From NCBI RefSeq assembly GCF_000143415.4, contig NW_003314267.1, positions 1,748,100 to 1,812,099 on the forward strand: a DNA stretch of 64,000 nucleotides, in the 5' to 3' direction. A program made the translations under genes and the position numbers. This document shows positions 9,831-23,127 of the stretch, piece by piece. The notes under the pieces were generated by a model. That model made no database searches. It worked only from the letters and a program-made list of their open reading frames with translations, and was not told the origin of the DNA. Origin of the DNA: Selaginella moellendorffii (Eukaryota; Plantae; Lycopodiophyta). The first letter of the stretch is position 1; every line of letters begins with the position of its first letter.

Positions 9831-12800
9831 ATGGAATTAGGGTTTTGGCGATGGCGTTGGCGCTGGCGCGCGATCTTGGCTCTGGCGGCGCTGCTGCTGC
9901 CGATCCACATTGGCGCTGCGATCTGCGAGCTGCCAGTGAGTAGAAAAGTGAATTTTGCTGCTCAAATCTCTGTCCCCAGGAATTCTCGCACAGGAAGCAC
10001 TCGAGATGGATCACAAGGATGTCAAAGCGTGGCATGAATTCCGTGGATTGGTCACGGATCCGGAGTATCCTGTTAGATGTTCCAAGCAACGAGACGAATT
10101 CCAGGTGAGCACTTGCTAGTCATCTAGTCATCTAGCAAGCTAACTTTGATTGTAGAATCCTACATTATATGGAGACGCTTACTTCGAGAGAAAAAGCTGT
10201 GGCTTGTACTCTGGACTTCAGCGTTCTTCCTCAACCAAAGGACGACTTGATCTGCTTTGCTGACTCCGAGCTGATCTCTGGAAAAACGATTCTAAGTTTC
10301 CCAGTAAGTGGCCAGAAAACTGGAAAATCAGACTGACATTGTCTTTCAGGTTGAGCAATGTATCACTGACAAGCTTGACGGTGGCTTGTTGGATGGAGCT
10401 CCTTGGGAAGTTAAGCTAGCGTCAAGATTATTGCGAGAAAGGTTAAACAGATTTTTCTTCTTCTCGTTCCATTGTTGCTAATTCTCGAGCACCAGGTCGC
10501 GTGGTGACACATCTAAATGGGCACTGTACATAAGTTCTTTGCCTAAATACGTGCCTCTTCCGCTCTTCTTTACAGATATGGTAGATTTGTAAGCTTTGCT
10601 GTGGCGCTGATCATCTTGTTCAATTGGCAGGAAATGAACAACATGGAGGACAGTTTTGTAGCAAATGAGGTCCTTGAAATGAGACGTTTTGCAATCTTGT
10701 CATTTTATGCTTTGCGTGGAGCAGACATTGCTCACGCCAAGTTTTCTGACTATGGTAAGCCAACTCAAATGTTGATCGACTTTTACAAATAGCTTGTTTT
10801 TACAGTGTGGGCACTCTCTATTGCATTCAGTTTGGGCTGCAGTTTAGGAAACGATGGAGGACACTATCTCTTTCCATTTCTGGGAATTACTGGGACTGGC
10901 AGCGAAAAAAATGGTTGTGCTTAAGTTCCAAGAACTTAGAAATTCTTATTTCACTTGTATGTTTTTTTGACAGCAAAACTTACGCTTGAGAGAGGCACGC
11001 TCAAGGTCGTTGCGAGTCGTAATGAAAGCAGGGGTGCAGCCATTTCATTTTATCGCGATGGCACTCGAAGAACTGATGCATTCCTCTTTCAAGGTTCGTT
11101 GCGCGTTTATCTTTCTCTAATGTTTGAACTTGAGAGCAGGGTTAATACTCAAATATGACGTTGTCGAGGGAGCAAGACTATTTTCCGGTTTAAATGTAAC
11201 ACACTTCCTTTCATCTTACACCCAGCCAGTTTATTTTTCTATTCATGCAGGACGTAGCTGAATGGTTTTTCTCGCGCTATGGTGGCGTCAACAGCAACAG
11301 AGTTTTGACGGTAAAAATCAGCAGGGATGCAGCAGAAACAGTAGAAGGTATGGCAAGTAGTGGGATTAAAACAGGCCTTTCAGTCAACTCGAGTGGAGTC
11401 GTTGCTCCGTCTTTGCTTTGCGTCGTCGCTTCACTTTTCTATGCAAAGAAGGCGATTGAAGCTCACAACAATAATTTGGGGGGCAAGGCACCGGCGGATT
11501 TTGCTGTAGTAGAGGATACAACCTGGGAGAAGGTGATGCACGTGATAGCAGCGAAGAGTTTACACCCCGCGCTAGATGTGTCAAGCAAAAGCACAGAGGT
11601 GAATGAGATTAGTTCGGCATTTTCGTCTGCAGTTAAAGCTGTACAGGAACATATAGGTAGTCTAGCGGCTAGGCAGACAACAGATTTTCTAGAGGATCAG
11701 TTTCTACTACAAGCGGCAAGATGGGAAGGTATCGGTGTGTCCGCAGAAGAACCATGTTCAGCTTGTCGGTGGCAGATCGATAAGCAAGGATGGAATGACG
11801 TGCTTGCTATAGGTTTCAGATCGTCTTTCAAAGACGTGCTTCGAACGGCTTTGTCAGAGCGTAAGCTTCCATCAAAAGCGGCTGTGAATGATGACTCTGG
11901 TGGAGAGTCCGTTTCGAAGCTGAAAAGTGTAAGCATTTATTGGTTACGCTTTGCTTTTCCGATTCTGAGGTGCTTTTTCTGGCTAGTTCTCAACTTGGAT
12001 GGACAAACACGGATTCTCCATTTCTGAAAAGCTAGCTATTACGTCAATGAACGATACTTCCTACCAGAAAAACGTTGTCCGTGGTGTGCTCGTCTCGAGA
12101 GACATCGAGGAAGGAGAAACTCTTTGTATTCTTCCGGTAAGAAACTTGTGACGAGCGTGCTTTTACCCGCTTTTTTCTTCTCTAGCTTGAGGCAGGTCTC
12201 TATGATGGAAGTCCGGAGAGCGAAGCACAAAAGGATAGCTGGGATTTAGCTGCAAAACGACTCCTACAGGAAAAGTAAGCTTGTAACTGTGAATTCTACT
12301 TTTATGACATGATAATTGTTTACAGAGCATTGGGAAGGAGCTCCAAATGGGCTGATTATATCGCCATATTACCACGAGATATGGCATCACCACTATATCT
12401 GGACTCCACTGTATGTTGATTTTCTTTTTTCGATCACACACAAAGCTTTTACTTTCACCAGGACCTTCAAGAAGTGCAATGGATGCCAGTTTTACGGGAG
12501 GTGATTCAAGTGAGAAGATCCATCAAGAAAAGCTTTCAACAATTCAAGTCTCCTCCATTTTCGTTCGATGACTACAGTAAGGTTATCGTCATGCTCTCAA
12601 CCACGCTAATAGTGTGGTGCCTTTTCAGAGTGGGCCGTGATCATGGTACACAGTCGTGCCTTCACTTTGCCAGTTCTTCCCGGTGACAGGTACTCCCACT
12701 ACGTGCTGATGCCACTCATGGATATGATAAACCATCACTACACGTACCAGGTAAGGAATCAACTCAAGCATTCAGCGTGGGATCACACGCGTTTTTCAGG

Positions 12801-13835
12801 CAGACTGGATGTCTCAGCCCGTAATCGATCGTAAGCTAGAGATTATAGCCAAACGAGCATTAAAGAAAGGGGACCAGCTCTACGCTTCGTTTGGTCCTCG
12901 TTCAAACGACAATCTGTTTATGTACTACGGTAAGTTCTATAAAAAAAACAATTTTTTCTCGCTAATAACATGATGTATCTTCTTCGTGGCAGGATTTGTG
13001 CTTGAAGACAACCCATTCGACTCTGTACAGATATTTTCCTCATTTGAGGTGGGTCATCTATATGTGCTGAGCTAGCAGAGTTGAAAAGATTTTTGTTTCC
13101 AACCAGGATGCGACCTCTTGGTTCATTCAGACATGGACAACATATTGTCGCAATCATTTACACGACGCTGGCGCTTACCGGAACTGCAAACGAAGCTCAT
13201 GGAGCGAGACCTGGCCCGCTGTGAAACACGCTATAGATGATTTCGAGAGCGGGAGCTCTGGCCAGAGCAAGGAATGGTGGGAGCTCGTCTCACACTGGGC
13301 TGACATTGGATACCAGTACTTACCATATCAACCCGGTGCCAACGTCTACGCATTTGGCATCAGCGATCCAAGTCTCATCTCAGCTTTCACAGCAGCGTCA
13401 ACTCTCGTCGAGTTTCCTGCCAAGAAAGCGAAGACACAGACCAACAACAGCACCAGTTCCCTCGAAGAGTTCTTCGCCTGCATCGAGAAGTTGCAAGACA
13501 AGTTGATGGACAGACCTTTGCTGGGGAAGCACCCGTGCCAAGATCATCTCGTCTCGGCTCTAGCGCTGGAGAAAGATGGAGAAGCCATGAAGGACTTGGT
13601 CGCCAGACTTTCAGTAGCTATACGCTGTGCTGAGATCCTGGCTACGCTGCCAACGAGCATCTCCCAGGATCTCAAACTCCTCCGAGAGAGAAGCCCACCG
13701 AGCATCCACATTCAGCTGGCGCGAGAGTTTCGGTACCGCAAGAAGTTGCAGCTCAAGGCAGTGATCCACAGGGTGGTGACTGGAACCAAGACGACGAACA
13801 ACGCAGCGAAAGAGAAGAACTACTTTGGTACATAG
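9831..13835 (+). CDS. Rubisco-LSMT/SETD3-type protein with two SET-like domains and an N-terminal signal peptide (many exons; could be two genes)
   Basis: Domain 1: WEVKLASRLLRER|SRGDTSKWALYISSLPKYVPLPLFF...VWALSIAFS. Domain 2: ALGRSSKWADYIAILP...WAVIMVHSRAF...LMPLMDMINHH...GDQLYASFGPRSNDNLFMYYG|FVLEDNPFD. C-terminal helical domain follows. Confidence 0.8.
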
Positions 13836-13997
13836 CAACGAGGACCTTCGTCCGGAATGACAGAAGTTTTACAAGTAACAACAAGGAAGAGCAAAGATTG
13901 TCAGACAAAGCGAGAGCGAGAGCTTACTTCGACCGGAGGAGCGCATTCTTTTCATTCATTTGGAACCAAAAGAACGACGATGAAAGGTGGCTACTCC

Positions 13998-14822
13998 TCA
14001 CGAGTAATCGCCGATGAAGTTACTGTTGTCCGCGCCAAGGCCGAAGAGGACTCCAGCATACTTCTCGGTGGATCCCTTCAACGCCCCCTTTTTCAGCTTC
14101 TGGAACGCGCACGACGTGAGCAGGCTATCGGACCCAGCCTGGTGACACGGCCCAACGCGTTCCACCTCGAGCACCTCGGCCAGCCGGTTGAGACCCCCGT
14201 GGAGATTGTCGCAGAACTTCATGAGGTACTTGACGTCGTAGATCGTCGGGAAGTAGATCCGGAGGAGCACGAAGAAGTCGGCCTCGCTGGGTGGCAAGTT
14301 CTGGCAAGTGAGCAGCTTGAGCAAGTAGCCAAAGTCGTAGCCGCTGTGGAAGGTGATCCAGTGGACGCTCTCGTTGAGGATCACCCCCGAGGACATGAGC
14401 AGCTCGCCAAATCGCTCCGCGTCGATGCCGTGCTCCTGGTTCTTCTGGAAGTCTATGCCGCTCTGCTTGAGCAGCTCGATCGAGTCGTGGGCGTAAACGT
14501 CCTCCTTGATGTTAAACTCGCGGAAGTTAAACTGCCAGAGGTAGGACTCCCGGGTAGAGCCAAAGGTGGGGAGATTGCCGTCCTCGTCAGAGAATGTGAG
14601 CCCGAGCTGGATGAGCTTGAGCAAATCGACGTTGGCACGCAGCATCTGGTACGTGCCTGCCTTGAAGCCAATGGGGCGGACCACCACACCCGGGAACTCG
14701 GTGTCCATGGCCAGGTATGGGAAATCGTCCACAATCTCGCGGATGAGCTTGAATTCCTCCTCCAGATTCTCGGCCCACACCTCCCGGATCCGGAGGGTGG
14801 TGCCCTTTGACACTGCGGACAT
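13998..14822 (-). CDS. CAF1: CCR4-associated factor 1 (CAF1/POP2) deadenylase, intronless CDS
   Basis: [35 protein letters not shown]-nuclease motifs; 274 aa. Confidence 0.97.
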   Translation of the reverse strand: MSAVSKGTTLRIREVWAENLEEEFKLIREIVDDFPYLAMDTEFPGVVVRPIGFKAGTYQMLRANVDLLKLIQLGLTFSDEDGNLPTFGSTRESYLWQFNFREFNIKEDVYAHDSIELLKQSGIDFQKNQEHGIDAERFGELLMSSGVILNESVHWITFHSGYDFGYLLKLLTCQNLPPSEADFFVLLRIYFPTIYDVKYLMKFCDNLHGGLNRLAEVLEVERVGPCHQAGSDSLLTSCAFQKLKKGALKGSTEKYAGVLFGLGADNSNFIGDYS

Positions 14823-15347
14823 CTACACTCCAGTTCTTTGGCGTCGCCGGATTCTCTCACCTAGAAACAATGCCAGCGCCCGCTGCCGTGCTGCTGCCGC
14901 CACCGCCGCCGCTGCTGGAGATCAAGGAGATCGTCGCGGATTATCGCTCCATCGCCCTCTTGGCGCTGAGAGAGAGAGGGAGAAGAAAGAAGAGAATGTG
15001 GCAAACCCTAGCTCGAGCCAGGGGTCGAACCGGACCCACATTAAAGAGGAGGAACAGGGATTCGAAACTGGATCGGTTAGTTTGGATATTCGATAGGTAT
15101 CGGATGGCTTTTGAAAAACGAGCGGGACAGGGATTCTAGGGTTGGGGATTTGAGATGTGAGGGCGCTCGGGCGCAACACTGGCGGCTGTCGGCATGCATA
15201 GGTCGTATTGATTCGCGCGTGAGCGTTTTGGCTGCCAGTTATCGCAGATCTGCGAGAATTTGGGGAGGTTTGATTCTCTGGCTGGATTTGTATCAAGGAT
15301 TTATCGCTCTGTGTGTGGCAGGGTTATCGAACTAGAGTGTCATCAAG

Positions 15348-17221
15348 ATGGTAGCAGTGAAAGAACCCCCGCCGGTATGATCAAGCCTTTTGCGTTTTCT
15401 TGGGCGTCCTGCTGATTAAAACTAACGAATGCAGGGGAAAGCTAACGAGAAGAAGAAGAAAAAAGTGATTCTAAACGAGTTCTCACAGTTACCAGCTAAG
15501 GCTAAGGTTTTCTTTCTTTTTTCTTTTTCTTCAGGTTCCGCCCAGACCAAGCGTCTTTAAAAACATGAAAGAGGATACGGATACAGTGGTTATCTCCACC
15601 AACGATGTCAATCGCATCAAGGTATTAAGCTTTGTGCTTTTTGTCTGTCAGAGTCCGCATTATCTCCTGTTCCAGGTGAATTCTGTGATCCTGACTCCGA
15701 CAATGAGAGCGCAAATGGAGAAGGAGAAGTACGAAGAAAGGATGCGCAACTCTGCCATTGCTAACGAACGCAAGGCCATGATGTTGAAGGTAGTAATCAG
15801 TTTCATATCATTCCGATATCAATTTATATACGTGCAGATGGAGGAAGAAAGGAAGAAGAAGTCTGGTGCTATTCCTGAAAGCGAGAAGATAAAGAAGGAA
15901 TTAGACGCCATGTATGGCTCTTGATCGTTGAAGTATGGCAGGAGATTAATCAATTTTGTTGCATATATTTGGGTTATTTCTCATGCTGTGTTTATTTCAG
16001 GACGCTTCAAAACGCCGCGAGGCTTACAGAAGAGCAGCTGGACGATGTGAAGCGCATGAATCAGATGATGCTTTATGCCAGATGCGTAACTATCAGAGAT
16101 GAGCAGAAGAAAGAGAAAGTACGTATAAGCATGCTTTTTTGTGAAGGTAAACTTTTGTATCCCGAACTTGCAGACACAAAAGTTCAAGGAGCTTAAGGAT
16201 TACAATCAAGAGGTGCACGAGGCCATGATGGCAAAGATTGTGAGAGAGCAGAAAGCACATGATGATCACGAGGCTCGAAGGCATCACCAACGAATGGAAG
16301 GTGCAGCGGTCATAAGGCATCAAATAAAGGTACTGGGAGTGATGAGGTTCTAAGCGGAAGTGTGACATGCATTTCTAGGAAAGAGAGGGTCACAGAAAAA
16401 TCGAGGACGAGCTCAAGCAACTCGAAGGAATCCGTATCCGGAGGCAAGCGGAGAAGGACAAACTTGAAGAGGAGGAAAAAGCTAAAGTGAAGCATGAGGA
16501 GGGACAGAAACTTTACAAGGCGCTGTTGGAAGCAAATGCTGCCAATACGGAACAGAGAAAACTGATGAAGATGCTGGAGAAGGAGGAGGAGCAAAAGATT
16601 CAGCTTTACAACTACAAGAAGGCTGTTGCGGAGCAAGAGCGAGCTGACGAGGCCGAACGGATCCGTAAGCAGAAGGAGCTAGAAACTGCTCGCCTGCGAA
16701 GCATGCAAGAGAAGGCGCAGGGTCAACAGGCAGCGCTGGACGAGTTGAGAGCGCAGAGAATCCAGGAAGCCGTGGAGAGGGAGTGGAGGGAGAAAGAGAA
16801 GGCAGCTGCGGAGCGCTTGAGAAAGATGAACGAGGATCTGGCCGAGGCAAGGGAGCAGCAGAAGATGTTTAAGATCACGCAACTGGCGGAGCAGGCTAAA
16901 CAGGAGAGAATCGAGTTCTTCAAGATCATAAAGGATCAGCAAGAGGCACTGCTCAAGGCTAAGATACTAGCGGAGGAGCAGCACAAACGAAACCTTCACC
17001 ACAGGGACGATATAATGGGACAGATTGCAAAGAACAGGGAGGTCAGGCTCAAGGCCATCAAGGAGAAGTTTGAAGAGGGTGCAAGAGCTCGGTTGAAGCT
17101 GCTCGCCGAGTTTGAGAGGCTACGACAGATCAAAGAAAGGAAGCTCAAGGAGTTGGAGGCTGAAGGAGTGCCTGACAAGTATAGAGCGGAATTGGCACGT
17201 AAAAAGGTTGTCATCAATTGA
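15348..17221 (+). CDS. CFAP45: Cilia- and flagella-associated protein 45 (CCDC19/FAP45) homologue, multi-exon
   Basis: EEQLDDVKRMNQMMLYARCVTIRDEQ, DELRAQRIQEAVEREWREKE and C-terminal KLKELEAEGVPDKYRAEL resemble CFAP45; long E/K/R coiled coil. Confidence 0.8.
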
Positions 17222-17290
17222 GGCCGGGAAGGAAAATTACTTACAGGTTATTTAAAACTGGTTTTTGGGATTGGGGATAAAAAATCAGCT

Positions 17291-18314
17291 ATGGCGTCTC
17301 AAGGGTATGCGTTGAGTTTAGTTTCTTCTTCTTCTTTGGTTTTCTTACTCTCGTTGGTTTCTTCCGGCAAGGTGGTGGTCCAAAGATACTGTAGCGGTTG
17401 TGACGGGAGGGAACAAAGGTATTGGGTTTGAAATCATAAGGCAACTAGCAAAGAAAGGCATCAGTGTCGTGCTCACGGCGCGGGATGAGAAGCGAGGCCT
17501 AGCAGCGCAGGCAAAGCTCAAGTCCGAGAACTTGCATGTCGAGTTTCGGGAGCTTGATGTGAGCAGCAGCGATTCCGTGGCCGGCTTGGCCAGTTGGCTC
17601 GAGAAGGAGTACAAAGGTTTTGACATTCTGGTGAGCGTTTGCTGGATTCGGCATGATTTCTCGATCGTCACTCGTTTCGATTCAGGTGAACAATGCTGCC
17701 GTCGTTGGAAACGAGTTTAGTTTCCAAGCTGTGAAAAACCTCGTAGATACAAACTACGAGGGCGTGAAGAGAACCACGCGAGTTTTATCGCCGCTACTTA
17801 GGCCCAGCCAAGCAGGAGCTCGGATCGTCAACATCAGCTCTCAACTCGGCCAACTCCATGTAAGCTTTTCATTCCTAGACAGTTTTTTGACTGATCAGGT
17901 TTCTTTTCTTCCATACAGAGGCTTGGCATTGAATCTTACAAAAAGAAACTCACAGACATAGAAAACCTGTCCAGAGAAGTGATCGATTCTTTCGTGGACG
18001 ACTACCTCTCCGCTGTGAGAGACGGCAAAGTGGAGGCCAGCGGTTGGCCGCGGGGCATTTTCGGAGCCTACACGGTCTCAAAGATTGCTCTCAACGCCTA
18101 CACTCGCCTAGTCGCTCGAGACGTCCAGCGAGAAGGACGCCAGCTCTACGTTAACTGCGTCCATCCGGGCTACGTCAAGACGGAGCTAAACAACAACCGA
18201 GGCTTTCTCTCCACCGAGCAAGGCGCGGACACCGCAGTGTGGCTTGCGCTCGCGCCTGCTAACGAGCAGAGCTCCGGGGATTTCTTCTACGAAAGGACAA
18301 AGTACGAGTTCTAA
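17291..18314 (+). CDS. Classical SDR, carbonyl reductase/(+)-neomenthol dehydrogenase-like, 4 exons
   Basis: WWSKDTVAVVTGGNKGIG, LVNNAA, IVNISS, YTVSK catalytic motif, VNCVHPGYVKT. Confidence 0.93.
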
Positions 18315-18595
18315 AGCTGCGTGGAAATGATCTAGATATGTTCATAGCTGAGTAAATTATTGTACAAGATGTTTAAATGGATGTTTATTTTGTTGTGAGT
18401 GTTTATTCAGCATTACATTTTTCAGCTTAAAAGATAAACATATGACAGGTATTTATATTTAACAGTTTTCAAATAAAATTATTTAATACTCTTTGATTTA
18501 TATTATTATTATAATAAAATAATCTAGTAAGAAAAAAATTATTTAGATAACTTATTTATGATTTTTATTAAAATATATTTCACTTAAATTATAGC

Positions 18596-21500
18596 TGTGA
18601 GGTCTAAATGTATGACTACAATGCCATATACTAATATTAATATAGTGGGATTTTGGTAATTGTTATCTAAACCATTCGCTCTTGTATATAAGCTAAGGTT
18701 TTTTAGTATATTGATATGCATATTTTTTTCATATTCCATGCACTCACATTAATGGAAGTGAGGGGTACCTTTAATTGTCCCTAAAGGGTGCTTGGATTTG
18801 GGATTTTAGTTTAAATCTAGCTTTTGCATTGTCTAGATCTAATTTTTTCCATTTTATTTCTTTTATTATTTCCTTTCAGGATTTTGGTTTAGATCTAGTT
18901 TTGGCATTGTCTAAATCTCCTTTTCCTTCTAGCTTTTTTTTTCATTTCTTTTTTTTTTGCTCTTTCCTTTTCATTCATCTTCATTGTAAATTAGCAATCT
19001 CCTCCTCTTTTGACTCTAAAGTAACAATTGATGCAATTATTTGATGTTATGCAATTGTAATTAAACAACCAAACTCAGTTGATGGTAGCATTCACAGCAC
19101 GTGGTACAGCTCCTTCTACTCTTAGTGCCAATCCTCACGTTTAGCCGAAGTTCTTTCATGGGAATCTTAAGGATGATGTGTATCATTGGTTACATCATTT
19201 CATGGTGATTGCCATATATCATTTTTGGGATGATACTTGACATTTGCGTGAGTTCTCCATGTGTCTCCAAGGGACAGCATTGAAGTGGTATAATGGTTTG
19301 AGTGTAGCCACTCGTGGGGATTGGAGTGTTCTCCTAGACGTCTTCAAACATGCATTCGGACATACCAATGATTGTGATGATGCTTTTCAACAATTGCATC
19401 GTCTTCATCAAAGGCCATCTGAGTCGGTGATGCAATTTAACGTTGGTTTCCAAAGCCTTTTGCTTCGTGCAGAGCCAAATATGTCGAAATGGATCAAGCT
19501 AGGAATGTTATAGTCAGCACTTTGTCAAGATCTTGTCAAACTTGTGTATGCACCTGCTCCAGCCACCCTTGAAAATGCTCTTTGCTTGGCACAACGTTAT
19601 AAAACGTTGCCTCTTCCACTTTTCGTTGCACGTCCTTCAACTCCACTTCCTGTGGGTGATGGTCCTGTTCTCATGGAGGTTGATGCTACTGCTACTCGAT
19701 TCCAAGGACAAGGGCGAGGACGTGGTCGTGACCGTGACATTTACTACTGTATGTGTGATGAAGTTGGTCACACTTATTGGTGTTCTCCATGTTTTCCAGA
19801 TTAATGGCTTTCATTTCCTGGGTGAAAACCTTGGTGTTAACAATGTCCTATTGGTGCTATTGCAATGGAAGTTTTGGACACTAAGATGCATCTGGAAAAC
19901 AAGGAGTTGCACAAGTAACGGAGGGACCTTACGCGAATAAGTTAGTGACCAAGTTAGTGAATAAGTTAGTGTCCATTTTTCTTTTAGCAGTATCATTAAA
20001 GGGTTCACTTGACACCAGTTCATCTAGTGTTTACTTTCCAAATTTGGTTTTATAACAAAAGGTCTCTTGTTATTCTCTTTGTGTTGGTTGATACAGGTTT
20101 AAGTTTATCTTTTATTGCTCGATCTGTTGCCACAAGTTGCCATCTACACTTGCGTTGTGTGGCAGAGCCAGTTTTCATTCTTTATGGCAATGGTTGTACA
20201 CATACATGTGCACAGGATGAGGTGGACCTAGTTGTGTGTATGGGCGATCTCAAACTTGGGTTGTAGTTATTGCAGGTGGCGCCGAGTCAAGCTTTTGATC
20301 TCATCCTTGGTATGGATTGGTTGTAATGCAATTATGCCAAGTGTGACTTTGAGGCTTTTCCCTTTTGTCTCATACTTCTTTATATTTCATCAATTCCTCT
20401 CACTTTTATACCTTTTCGTCCCTTTGCTTCTACCTTTGCTTCCAATACTTTTGTTTCTCCACTACTTCCTCCTATATTTTTATCATGTTTTGCTCTTCCC
20501 TTTTCCGATCCCTCAAACAATCTTTGCGTTGTAACAATTGATTAGCTCATGAAGGGGTATGCCAATCTCTTTGAATTTGACCTATTGTCTGGGATTAAGA
20601 TTGCCACACGTCATCCTATTCCAACTAGGGATGCTCATCCAATCAAGATTCTTGTTTGTTATCAGTCACCCAAAGAGATCAAAGTTTTACATACAAATAT
20701 CAAGGAGATGTTGGAAAAGGGTCTTATTAGAAAATCATGAAGTCCTTGGGCATGTGAACCTCATATTGTGACAAAGCCTGATGGGAGTATTCATTTCTGC
20801 ATTGACTATCATTTATTAAATAAAGTGACGATCCCAGATATGTACCCTCTTCCTCACACTGCTGATATCTTGGATCATCTGGGAAAAAGTCGATGGTTCA
20901 CTAAGCTAGATCTTGCTTTTGGGTACTGACAAATATCAATGGCCGAAGAAGATATTCCTAAGACTGTTTTTTATACACTATTTGGTTTGTACAAGTTCTT
21001 GATAATGTTGTTTGGTTTGAACAATGCTCCAGCAACTTCCCAGCGGATGATGGACGAGGTTCTTTGTGATATGCCAGAGGTGACTACTGACTTCATTAAT
21101 GATATTTTGATCCACTTAGAGGGGACATGTGAAGAACACATCTGTGATGTTTGTAAAGTGTTGGATCGGCTACAAAAATTTGGTTTAAAACTGAAGCAGT
21201 CAAAGTGTGTGTTCGTGTCCAAGGACACGACTCATCTTGGGTACCATATTTCTTGTGAGGGTTTGCAAATTAATCTTGACAAACTTGTAACTGTTCTAAA
21301 GTTCCCTACTCCAAAGCATGTGTATGATATGCACTAAATCAGAAGACTTTAGCAATGCTCGCAACGATGCAGTGTGATCAGAAAAATGATCCACAAAACA
21401 ACTAAAATATTACACCTTGCCCAAAAGAATGGGTGTTCAAGGATCTCAAAGAGTTATTAATGACTCTTCCGGTTTTAACATATCCTGACTACACTTGACT

Positions 21501-22170
21501 TTTCATTTTGAACGTAGATGCTTCTAACATTGGTCTTGGAAGTGTGTTGATGCAAAAGAGCCCGAGTGTGCCTAGTTAGTGCCATCCCATTACATATATA
21601 AGCTATACATTACCAATGGAGGTGAACTACTCCACGATAAAAAATAAATGTTTAGTAGCAATCTTGGGTTTTGAGAAACTTCATGCATATCTACATGGTT
21701 CTCAGACGTTACTAAAAGGTGATCATTTTGCCATTACTTCATTATTAAAGCAAAAGAACCCAGTTTGTCGTGTTGCTCAGTGGGTTTTGAAGCTTCAAAT
21801 ATATGGTTTTGATGTTGTTTATCATCTTGGGAGTTTTATGGCTGATGCTGATGCCCTTTCTCAAGCTCCTCTTCCTTTTTCACTCTCTTCTCATGTTTCT
21901 GATGAGCTTGCAATTCTAGCATCTATGGATTTTCTCGAGCATGTGCAACGGTTGAAACGCTTCGTACAAAGGGATCAGGAACAACTAATATCACCTACAA
22001 ATCCACCAATGCCTCCTCCTGACGTTCCTCCAGATCCCAACCCATCTATAAGAGAACTTTGATGGTCTTTTATTATTCTAAGAGGAGGGGATGATGTGAG
22101 GTAAGTGTATAGCTACAATACTATATACTAATATTAACATAGTAAGATTTTGGTAGCTGTCAAATTGATT
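18596..22170 (+). mobile_element. Degenerate Ty3/gypsy LTR retrotransposon (5' LTR 18596-18748; gag, protease, RT, RNase H; integrase core deleted; PPT; 3' LTR from 22095, truncated)
   Basis: TG...CA LTR; LVDTGL protease; FGLNNAPATSQRMM and DFINDIL RT motifs; VDASNIGLG RNase H; PPT AAGAGGAGGGG then a second TGTGAGGT; many stops. Confidence 0.88.
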
Positions 22171-22424
22171 TCAATGGGAAATAAATTCAAAAGATCAATT
22201 CCACTTACACTGTTTATGCACCGGCACCATTGTGATCCATTTCGAGAAGCATGCATTTCCCAGAGATTTTCTTGCAAGAGATGGCAATGATGGGACAGGC
22301 GGGAAGGAAAGCTTGATCCCCAGCTGTCCCTGCCCGGGGAGAGCTGGGACTCGAGCTTTTTTTCACAAGAGATGGAGAAAACTCTGGGATTGACAGTACT
22401 GCCTCTTCCTGCGCATTTGCTCGT

Positions 22425-22920
22425 CCCAGCTCGGAGTGACACCAAACTTTGGGATCATTGCCTCAAGTGTTTCTTACCTCAATGGATCAACTGCAAGCAG
22501 TGAGAATACACAGCAAAGTCACCTCGTTTGCTTGAATTCCTTTGTCTTTCATCCTTTCTTCTCATTTTTCTCCTTTCTTTTTACTCTGCTTTCCTGTGAA
22601 ACCAGAACAAAACCTTTTCAGTATCACCTTGAGGAGCATAGCCAGAAATAAGAGCAGTTGAGCTTACCACATCCTCGCAAGAAGATCAAACACTCACTGT
22701 GCCTCGCTCGCACTGCCATATTTTCGTAAGTGTCCACCAGGCTATGCAAATCTCTCTGTGGAAAAACTTTCTCAAGTTGGCAACCTCGCAGAAGCCTTTA
22801 AAACGGAGTTGAAGCTCAATGCCATTTCGAGCGAGATCGGTGTCATAGATAACAGTGTTGGATGGTTGCAGGAAGTGGAAGAACGTGGAGGTGGCTTCTC
22901 TAGACAAGATGGATAAGGCG
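22425..22920. pseudogene. Scrambled PLS-PPR C-terminal fragments in opposite orientations
   Basis: Read most clearly in the paralogue at 56390-56900: minus strand HGLQLIHRGKKHFEAMIPKFGVTPSIEHF (L2/S2-like); plus strand MPFRARSVSWITVLDGCRKWKNVEVA (E1-like). Confidence 0.6.
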
Positions 22921-23127
22921 CGAACATTCTCTGTGAAAGCCCTAAGTAAGAACCTCACGGAAATTTCTAGTTGCATTATTTTCTTTGACTTTGTAGTTGC
23001 AAGTTTGTCAATGCTTTGCATGTGAGTGCTGGCAGTATATATATTTTGTGTTTGACTTCGCCTCCTCCACTTGATTTGTTGCAGTGTACTTAAAAGGAGC
23101 TTGCGCTTGTACAGAATCTGACTAGGT

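Noticed and set aside
13857-14810. 317-aa antisense ORF over CAF1
   Set aside because: Codon-aligned shadow of a GC3-rich gene
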